A DNA stretch of 52,807 bases from Candidatus Cloacimonadota bacterium (lineage in GTDB: Bacteria; Cloacimonadota; Cloacimonadia; Cloacimonadales; Cloacimonadaceae): positions 1-52,807 of the forward strand of contig JAJBBF010000043.1 of NCBI GenBank assembly GCA_020532215.1. Direction: 5' to 3'. This document shows, in pieces, positions 46,219 through 52,807 of this stretch (position 1 is the stretch's first letter; the number at the start of each line of letters is the position of its first letter). The notes beneath the pieces are model-generated. The model ran no database searches. It worked only from the letters and a program-made list of their open reading frames with translations, and had not been told where the DNA came from. The position numbers and the translations under genes are program-made.

Positions 46219-46348
46219 ATCCGCCACCGTTCTCCAAACAGGTAGTTAAGGACGAATCGGGAACCAGATCGGAACCTGCTTTGGAAAAAAGAACTGGACA
46301 AATCAGGACCGCCCAAAAAGCTGACCCAAAATTCCATAGGAGAAAGAA

Positions 46349-46618
46349 ATGGCACTGAAACCTGAGGCCAAAACGGCTATCATGGCAGAGTTTAAACTCC
46401 ATGAATCAGACACCGGCTCGCCAGAAGTCCAGGTTGCTCTTATCACCCGGCGGATCAACGATATCACCGGCCACCTGAAAGAGCACAGCAAGGACTTCAG
46501 CACCAGACGCGGGCTGTTGAAACTGATCGGGCAGAGAAGGCGCTTGCTTGATTACCTGAAGCGGAAAGACATCAACCGCTATCGGGAACTGATCAAAGCG
46601 CTAAAGATCCGCAAGTAA
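46349..46618 (+). CDS. rpsO: 30S ribosomal protein S15
   Basis: [25 protein letters not shown]; precedes pnp. Confidence 0.98.
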   Translation: MALKPEAKTAIMAEFKLHESDTGSPEVQVALITRRINDITGHLKEHSKDFSTRRGLLKLIGQRRRLLDYLKRKDINRYRELIKALKIRK

Positions 46619-46636
46619 ATTCAGCCAAGATACAAT

Positions 46637-46680
46637 GAGGTGGATTCTTTCATAACTATTGGCGGGATCCACCTTTCTCT
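46637..46680 (+). terminator. rpsO terminator/attenuator hairpin
   Basis: aggtggatt/ggatccacct stem followed by a pyrimidine tract. Confidence 0.6.
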
Positions 46681-46725
46681 TTATTAAGCGTCCGGGCGTA
46701 AGTTCCGGGCATGAGACATCAACCA

Positions 46726-46794
46726 CCGAGGGAGCATGAGCAATACGCTGAAAGCCGCGGGGCTGTTTTCAGCCTATTGCTTCTTCTCCCCCGG
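46726..46794 (+). promoter_or_regulatory. Long pnp leader stem-loop (candidate RNase III site)
   Basis: ccgagggag..gagcaata.gctgaaa pairs with tttcagc.tattgctt..ctccc.cgg, ending 20 nt before the pnp ATG. Confidence 0.6.
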
Positions 46795-46813
46795 AACAAA
46801 ACTGGAGAAGTAA

Positions 46814-49027
46814 ATGCACAACTTCAACATCATCAAACGCGAACTCGATTTCTGTGGCCGCCCCCTTTACGTGGAGACCGGCAGAATGGCCAAACAGGCC
46901 AACGGGAGCGCCTTCATCCGTTACGGGGGCACCGCGATCCTCGTAACCGCCACCATGAGCAAAGAAGCGGTGGAAAACCAGAGTTTCTTCCCCCTCACGG
47001 TCGATTACATCGAAAAAATGTACGCCAGCGGCAAGATCCCCGGCGGCTTTTTCAAACGTGAAGCCCGGCCCACCACCGACGCAACCCTGTCAGCCCGTAT
47101 GATCGACCGTAGCATCCGGCCGCTGTTTCCAGAGGGATTCCGCAACCAGGTGCACGTGGTCCTGAACGTTCTGGCCTACGACGGCGAGACCGACGCTTCC
47201 TCTCTGGGAGTGTTCGGCGCCTCCCTGGCTCTAACCCTTTCGGACATCCCCTTCCACGGCCCCATCGCGGGTGTAAAAGTGGGCCTGATCGAAGATCAGA
47301 TCGTTGTGAACCCCTATCAGAGCCAAATGAACGGTACATCGAAGCTAAATCTGGACGTTGCCGCCTCTGCCACCTCGGTGGTGATGATCGAATCCTCAGC
47401 CCTGGAACTAAGCGAAGATACCATGCTGGACGCGGTTTACGCCGGGCATGAAGAGATCAAGAAACTCTGCGCGCTGCAGATGGATATGGCTGCCGAAACC
47501 GGTAAGGAAAAGGTGGAGGTTAAGCTGTTGGAGGTTCCGGCCGAGATCATGAGCCGGGTGGAAAGCGAATATGGCAACCGCATCGCCGAAGCGGCTGTGA
47601 TCCTGGGCAAACAGGAACGTCAGGACGCCTTTGACGCTGCTGAGGAAGAGATGCTGGCCAAATATCTGGCTGAGGACGAGGCAGGCTTTGAAGAGAACGA
47701 ACCCTGGTACAAGCAGGCTTATGAAGAGCTGATCCGCCGCTATGTGCGCGAATCCATCCTGCACAAACAACATCGGGTGGATGGCCGCGGTTTGGACGAC
47801 ATCCGCGAGATCACCTGCGAGATCGACGTTCTGCCGGTTGTGCACGGTTCAGCCCTGTTCACCAGAGGTGAAACCCAGTCCCTGGGTTCCGTCACCCTGG
47901 GCGGCGGCAGCGACGAACAGGTGATCGACGGCCTTGAGGTCGAGTATAAAAAGCACTTTTACCTGCATTACAATTTCCCGCCTTTCAGTGTGGGCGAAGC
48001 CGGCAGGATGGGCCCCGTGGGGCGCCGCGAGCTGGGCCACGGAAACCTGGCTGAGCGCGCTCTGACGGCTGTTTTGCCGGACCGGGAATCCTTCCCTTAC
48101 ACAATGCGTATTGTTGCCGACACCCTGGAATCAAACGGCTCCTCCTCCCAAGCCTCGATCTGCAGCGGCTGCCTGGCCATGATGGCGGCCGGCGTTCCGA
48201 TCAAGGCGCCCGTTGCCGGGATCGCCAACGGCCTGATAATGGAAGGCGACAAATACGTTGTTTTAACCGATATCATGGGCCTCGAAGACCATCTTGGCGA
48301 TATGGATTTCAAGTGCGCAGGCACCCGTGAAGGGATCACCGCCATGCAGATGGACATCAAGATCGAAGGCATCACCAAAGACATCATGCGCATTGCCCTG
48401 CAGAAGGCCCACTCCGCCCGCCAGAGGATCCTGGATATCATGCAGGAATGCATTGCCCAGCCCAGGGAAGATCTGGCTCCAACCGCACCGCGCATCGAAG
48501 CCTTCAAGGTTCCCGTCGATAAGATCGGCGAGATCATCGGGCCGAGCGGAAAGATGATCAAATCGATCATTGAAGCCTGCCAGGTGGAGATCGACATCAG
48601 CGACGACGGCACCGTGCGGATCCTCTCGCCGAACAAAGATTCGATCATGAAGGCCAAAGAGATCATCAAAGGCATCGCGATCGATCCCGAAGTGGGTGAG
48701 GAGTTCGAAGGACCGGTCACCCGGATCGAGCCCTACGGCGTTTTCGTGAAGATTCTGAACGGCGCTAAGGAAGGCATGGTACACGTTTCCCAGATGCACC
48801 ACACCCGCATCGGCCATCCGGAAGACATGGTGAAGCTGGGCGATATCGTCCATGTGAAATCCCTGGGCATGGAAAAAGGCAAGCTGTCCCTCACCATGAA
48901 AGGCGTGGCCGGCAATCCCGAGCCCGATCCCAACGCTCCCAAGCATGAACGTCCACCCAGGCGTGACGACCGGGGCGGCGACCGCCGTTCCTCCGGACGC
49001 GGCGGCGGTGGATTCCACAGAAGATAA
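46814..49027 (+). CDS. pnp: Polyribonucleotide nucleotidyltransferase
   Basis: [51 protein letters not shown], then KH and S1 domains. Confidence 0.98.
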   Translation: MHNFNIIKRELDFCGRPLYVETGRMAKQANGSAFIRYGGTAILVTATMSKEAVENQSFFPLTVDYIEKMYASGKIPGGFFKREARPTTDATLSARMIDRSIRPLFPEGFRNQVHVVLNVLAYDGETDASSLGVFGASLALTLSDIPFHGPIAGVKVGLIEDQIVVNPYQSQMNGTSKLNLDVAASATSVVMIESSALELSEDTMLDAVYAGHEEIKKLCALQMDMAAETGKEKVEVKLLEVPAEIMSRVESEYGNRIAEAAVILGKQERQDAFDAAEEEMLAKYLAEDEAGFEENEPWYKQAYEELIRRYVRESILHKQHRVDGRGLDDIREITCEIDVLPVVHGSALFTRGETQSLGSVTLGGGSDEQVIDGLEVEYKKHFYLHYNFPPFSVGEAGRMGPVGRRELGHGNLAERALTAVLPDRESFPYTMRIVADTLESNGSSSQASICSGCLAMMAAGVPIKAPVAGIANGLIMEGDKYVVLTDIMGLEDHLGDMDFKCAGTREGITAMQMDIKIEGITKDIMRIALQKAHSARQRILDIMQECIAQPREDLAPTAPRIEAFKVPVDKIGEIIGPSGKMIKSIIEACQVEIDISDDGTVRILSPNKDSIMKAKEIIKGIAIDPEVGEEFEGPVTRIEPYGVFVKILNGAKEGMVHVSQMHHTRIGHPEDMVKLGDIVHVKSLGMEKGKLSLTMKGVAGNPEPDPNAPKHERPPRRDDRGGDRRSSGRGGGGFHRR

Positions 49028-49037
49028 ATTAACAAGC

Positions 49038-49075
49038 GTGCCGGATCCAGGCTTGGGTCCGGCACCTGATTTTTT
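49038..49075 (+). terminator. Hairpin/terminator between pnp and ahcY
   Basis: gtgccggatcca/tgggtccggcac stem; T6 begins 4 nt downstream. Confidence 0.6.
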
Positions 49076-49091
49076 GAACAGGACGGATGAT

Positions 49092-50495
49092 ATGGACTAC
49101 AAGGTCGCGGATATAACTCTGGCCGGATTCGGCCGCAAAGAGATCGCCCTGGCAGAACTTGAGATGCCGGGCCTGATGGCCTTGCGCCAGAAATATGGCG
49201 CTGGAAAACCCCTGCGGGGAGCCCGCATCACAGGCAGTTTGCACATGACGGTCCAGACGGCTGTCTTGATCGAAACCCTGATCGAGCTGGGGGCGCAGGT
49301 GCGCTGGGCCAGCTGCAACATCTTTTCCACCCAGGATCACGCCGCGGCGGCCATCGCCGCTGGCGGAACCCCTGTTTTTGCCTGGAAGGGCGAAAACCTG
49401 GAGGAATACTGGCAATGCACCCTGAAGGCCCTTGATTGGCCGGAGGGCGGGCCGGACCTGATCGTTGACGACGGGGGGGACGCCACCCTGATGGTGCATG
49501 AGGGCTACAGGCTGGAAGAGGAATTTTCCGCCACCGGTAAGCTGCCCGAAGCGCAAACTGAGCCCAACGAACTGCGCATCCTGCAGCAACTTTTGATCGA
49601 CGGCCTCAAGGACGACCCCCAAAAATGGCATCGCCAAGCCCAAGGCATCAGGGGCGTAAGCGAAGAGACCACCACAGGCGTGAACCGCCTCTACCAGAAA
49701 CTGGCCCAGGGGGATTTGCTCTTCCCGGCCATCAATGTGAACGATTCGGTCACCAAATCCAAGTTTGACAACCTCTACGGCTGCCGCGAATCCTTGGCAG
49801 ACGGGATCAAGCGCGGGACGGACGTGATGGTGGCAGGCAAGCTGGTGCTGGTTTGCGGCTACGGCGACGTGGGCAAAGGCTGCGCCCAGTCCATGCGCGG
49901 CTTTGGCGCCCGGGTGATCGTCAGCGAGATCGATCCCATCTGCGCCCTGCAAGCCGCCATGGAAGGTTTTGAGGTCAATACAATCGACAACCTGCTCGAT
50001 GAGGCGGATATCTATGTTACCGCCACCGGAAATTGCGACGTGATCCGCGTGGACCACATGCTTAAAATGAAAGACCATGCCATTGTCTGCAACATCGGCC
50101 ATTTCGACAACGAGATCCAGGTGGACAAGCTCTATTCCCTGGAAGGCGTCACCCGGGAAACCATCAAGCCCCAGGTCGATGAGATCCACCTGCCCAATGG
50201 CAAAGCCATCATCCTGCTTTCCGAGGGCCGCCTCGTGAACCTTGGCAACGCCACTGGCCATCCCTCGTTTGTGATGAGTTGCTCATTCACGAACCAGGTT
50301 CTGGCCCAGCTTGACCTCTGGCAAAACCAGCATGAACTGGGAGTTTACACCCTGCCCAAGCTGCTGGATGAAGAGGTGGCCAGATTGCATCTGGACAAGC
50401 TGGGGGTGCAGCTCACCCATCTGAGCAAGCACCAGGCCGAATACCTCAACGTTCCCATCGAAGGCCCCTACAAGCCGGAGCATTACCGATACTGA
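49092..50495 (+). CDS. ahcY: Adenosylhomocysteinase
   Basis: [53 protein letters not shown] and C-terminal YRY; ATG at 49092. Confidence 0.97.
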   Translation: MDYKVADITLAGFGRKEIALAELEMPGLMALRQKYGAGKPLRGARITGSLHMTVQTAVLIETLIELGAQVRWASCNIFSTQDHAAAAIAAGGTPVFAWKGENLEEYWQCTLKALDWPEGGPDLIVDDGGDATLMVHEGYRLEEEFSATGKLPEAQTEPNELRILQQLLIDGLKDDPQKWHRQAQGIRGVSEETTTGVNRLYQKLAQGDLLFPAINVNDSVTKSKFDNLYGCRESLADGIKRGTDVMVAGKLVLVCGYGDVGKGCAQSMRGFGARVIVSEIDPICALQAAMEGFEVNTIDNLLDEADIYVTATGNCDVIRVDHMLKMKDHAIVCNIGHFDNEIQVDKLYSLEGVTRETIKPQVDEIHLPNGKAIILLSEGRLVNLGNATGHPSFVMSCSFTNQVLAQLDLWQNQHELGVYTLPKLLDEEVARLHLDKLGVQLTHLSKHQAEYLNVPIEGPYKPEHYRY

Positions 50496-50502
50496 TCCCG
50501 GT

Positions 50503-51078
50503 ATGGCCACCCACACACCGGTTTTGATCGACGAGCTCTTCGGGGAGCTCAAACCCGCTCCGGAAGGCCAGCGCTGGGAGGTGATCCACACCAAGCCACG
50601 CTGTGAAAAGAAACTGGCCGAATACGCCCGCCGCAACGGCATCACTTATTATCTGCCCCAGATGGAGAGCAAGCGCGTCTATCAGCGCCGGATGGTGAGT
50701 TTCACCAAACCCATGTTTCCCAGCTACCTCTTCTGCGTGCTGGATCCCCGCAAACGCCAGACCCTGCTCATTTCGGGTTACACGGTGAGTTTCATCCGCG
50801 TTTCCCAGCAGGAGCTGCTGCTGGAGGAACTGCTGAACATCAAGCTCAGCCGCGCTCCCGAGATCGAACTGGAAAACACCCTCTGGCTCTCCGAAGGCCT
50901 GAAGGTGCAGATCATGTCCGGACCGCTCAAAGGAGTTACCGGAGTGGTGGAAAGCCACGCCAAACTCGATGAGGTGCGCCTGCAGGTGAATATCCTCAGG
51001 CAGGCCGTGCTGGTGAAGATAGATCCGCGCCTTGTGAAAATTCTGGGCGAATACACCATCGTGGAGGAAGAAAGATGA
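50503..51078 (+). CDS. UpxY/RfaH-type NusG paralog (polysaccharide operon antiterminator)
   Basis: WEVIHTKPRCEKK, PMFPSYLF and KOW motif GLKVQIMSGPLKGVTGVV; heads nucleotide-sugar genes. Confidence 0.88.
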   Translation: MATHTPVLIDELFGELKPAPEGQRWEVIHTKPRCEKKLAEYARRNGITYYLPQMESKRVYQRRMVSFTKPMFPSYLFCVLDPRKRQTLLISGYTVSFIRVSQQELLLEELLNIKLSRAPEIELENTLWLSEGLKVQIMSGPLKGVTGVVESHAKLDEVRLQVNILRQAVLVKIDPRLVKILGEYTIVEEER

Positions 51079-52016
51079 AGATCCTGATCACGGGCGGAGC
51101 CGGTTTCATCGGTTCCCACGTTGCCGACGCCTATCTGGAGGCGGGCCACCAGGTGGTGGTTGTGGACGACCTGTCCAGCGGTTCGCAGGACAACCTTGAT
51201 CCCAGGGTCAAGTTTTACCGCCAGGATATACGCGAATCCGCTTTGGCTGAGATCTTCGCCCAAGAAAAGCCGGATGTAGTGAACCACCATGCCGCCCAGG
51301 TGAGCGTGCCCCGCTCCATCGAGGATCCCCTCCTGGATGCCCGGATCAATCTGCTTGGGCTGATCAACGTTTTGGAAAATTGCGTAAAGCATAACGTTAA
51401 GAAAGTGATCTTTATTTCCTCCGGTGGAGCAATTTACGGTGAGGCGGACGAGTATCCCACCACCGAGAATTACCTGCCCCTGCCGCTCTCGGTTTACGCC
51501 ATCAACAAACTGGCCGGGGAAAACTACCTGCGCTTCTACGCGCACCAGTACGGGCTGAATTACGCGGTGCTGCGTTACGCCAACGTGTTTGGACCCCGCC
51601 AGGTGGCACAGGGCGAAGCGGGGGTGGTCTCCATCTTTGTGGAAAAGCTGCTGGCAGACGAAGCTCCGGCCCTTTACGCCTATCCGGACGAACCGGAGGG
51701 CATGATCCGCGATTACGTTTACGTGAAAGACGTGGTCCGGGCCAATCTGGCTGCCCTGACCAAGGGCGGCAACGACGTTTTCAATATCGGAACCTGCGTG
51801 GAAACCACCACCTCCCAGCTTTACAGGACGATCCTCTGGCAGCTGGGCAAAGACATCCTTCCCCAGAGCGGACCCGCCCGCAAAGGCGATCTGCGCCGCT
51901 CCATGCTGGACAGTTCCAAAGCTTTCGCGGAACTGGGCTGGAGCCCGATCTACTCGTTGGAGGACGGGATCAGGGAAACCATCGCCTGGTTCAGAGCAGC
52001 AAAGGAAAAACAATGA
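51075..52016 (+). CDS. NAD-dependent nucleotide-sugar epimerase (UDP-glucose 4-epimerase-like)
   Basis: [48 protein letters not shown]. Confidence 0.92.
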   Translation: MKILITGGAGFIGSHVADAYLEAGHQVVVVDDLSSGSQDNLDPRVKFYRQDIRESALAEIFAQEKPDVVNHHAAQVSVPRSIEDPLLDARINLLGLINVLENCVKHNVKKVIFISSGGAIYGEADEYPTTENYLPLPLSVYAINKLAGENYLRFYAHQYGLNYAVLRYANVFGPRQVAQGEAGVVSIFVEKLLADEAPALYAYPDEPEGMIRDYVYVKDVVRANLAALTKGGNDVFNIGTCVETTTSQLYRTILWQLGKDILPQSGPARKGDLRRSMLDSSKAFAELGWSPIYSLEDGIRETIAWFRAAKEKQ

Positions 52017-52807
52017 ATATAGCCGTAGTGGGTTCGGGCTATGTGGGCCTGGTCAGCGGAGCCTGCTTCGCGGACATGGGCAACCGCGTGGTCTGCGTGG
52101 ATAACGACGCTGCCAAGATAGCCCGGCTGAACATCAACGAGATCCCGATCTACGAACCGGGTTTGAAGGAACTGGTGGAGAGCAACCGGGCCGCGGGCCG
52201 GCTGAGTTTTACCACCGACATCGCCGCCGCGGTGCAAGCATCCGGCGTGATCTTTATCGCTGTGGGAACTCCCCCGGACCAGGATGGTTCCGCGGATCTC
52301 CAATATGTGCTGGCTGTGGCCCGCGATATCGCGACCCACCTGAACGAATACAAGATCGTGGTGAATAAATCCACCGTTCCCGTGGGTACGGCCGATCTGG
52401 TGGCTCAGACCATCAGAGAGGTTCTGGCCCGGCGTGGGGTGGAGGTGGCCTTTGATGTGGTCTCCAATCCCGAGTTTTTGAAAGAAGGCGCCGCCATCGA
52501 CGATTTCATGGGGCCGGACCGGGTGGTGATCGGCGCGGACAATCCGGAGGCCGGGGCCGTGATCCGCGAGCTCTACCTGCCTTTCAACCGCACCCACGAA
52601 CGCATCATCATCATGAGCGTCCGTTCCGCGGAAATGACCAAATACGCCGCCAACGCCATGCTGGCCACCAAGATCTCCTTCATGAACGAACTGGCGCGCC
52701 TCTGCGAAGCCCTGGGCGCCGATATCGGCGAAGTGCGCAACGGCATCGGCTCGGACAGCCGCATCGGCTATAAATTCATCTACCCCGGAATTGGCTACGG
52801 CGGATCC
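52013..52807 (+). CDS. ugd: UDP-glucose/GDP-mannose 6-dehydrogenase (partial; runs off the window)
   Basis: Translated by hand from ATG 52013: [62 protein letters not shown]. Confidence 0.95.
   Translation, partial: MNIAVVGSGYVGLVSGACFADMGNRVVCVDNDAAKIARLNINEIPIYEPGLKELVESNRAAGRLSFTTDIAAAVQASGVIFIAVGTPPDQDGSADLQYVLAVARDIATHLNEYKIVVNKSTVPVGTADLVAQTIREVLARRGVEVAFDVVSNPEFLKEGAAIDDFMGPDRVVIGADNPEAGAVIRELYLPFNRTHERIIIMSVRSAEMTKYAANAMLATKISFMNELARLCEALGADIGEVRNGIGSDSRIGYKFIYPGIGYGGS

Noticed and set aside
46233-46285. Stem upstream of rpsO as an S15 autoregulatory leader
   Set aside because: A possible promoter (TGGACA-N16-AAAGCT, ~46295-46322) lies downstream of it, so it may not be in the transcript; pairing is weak.
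48945-49091. N-terminal extension of ahcY
   Set aside because: It overlaps the pnp end and a hairpin; AhcY similarity begins at MDYKVADI (49092).

Overview
A GC-rich (~60%) bacterial chromosomal segment, mostly housekeeping genes. The gene mix suggests an anaerobic diderm of the FCB group, most likely Cloacimonadota (inference): a gingipain-like C25 protease with an FlgD-Ig/T9SS-like tail, TM1266 plus hydG [FeFe]-hydrogenase maturation genes, a patatin-POTRA-barrel protein and a UpxY-like NusG paralog. Recognisable genes: cobB, secD/secF, an envC-like LytM, a Sua5/YrdC-LMW-phosphatase fusion, purL, uvrB, ndk, dusB, trmB, ftsY, a Dna2-like nuclease-helicase, hydG, uvrA, a GH13 glycosidase, coaBC, queA, birA, a TPR lipoprotein, rpsO, pnp, ahcY and the start of a polysaccharide operon (UpxY-like, epimerase, partial ugd). 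I found no rRNA, tRNA, CRISPR array, integrase or intact transposase. Most unexplained structure is non-coding. A 2.3-kb intergenic block (16740-19014) stacks and nests several unrelated palindromic repeat families, and contains a 325-bp element with ~99-bp bipartite inverted arms, nine TTCACA iterons and an AT-rich core. Related repeats lie at 1-440 and 30990-31400, including a 95-bp palindrome built of phased 11-mers. Also noted: a recurring TTGAC..N..TGG promoter pattern, structured leaders before secD and TM1266-hydG, three different C-terminal tail types on secreted proteins, and a probable CTG start codon. All calls come from reading the sequence and recognising motifs; no searches were run.
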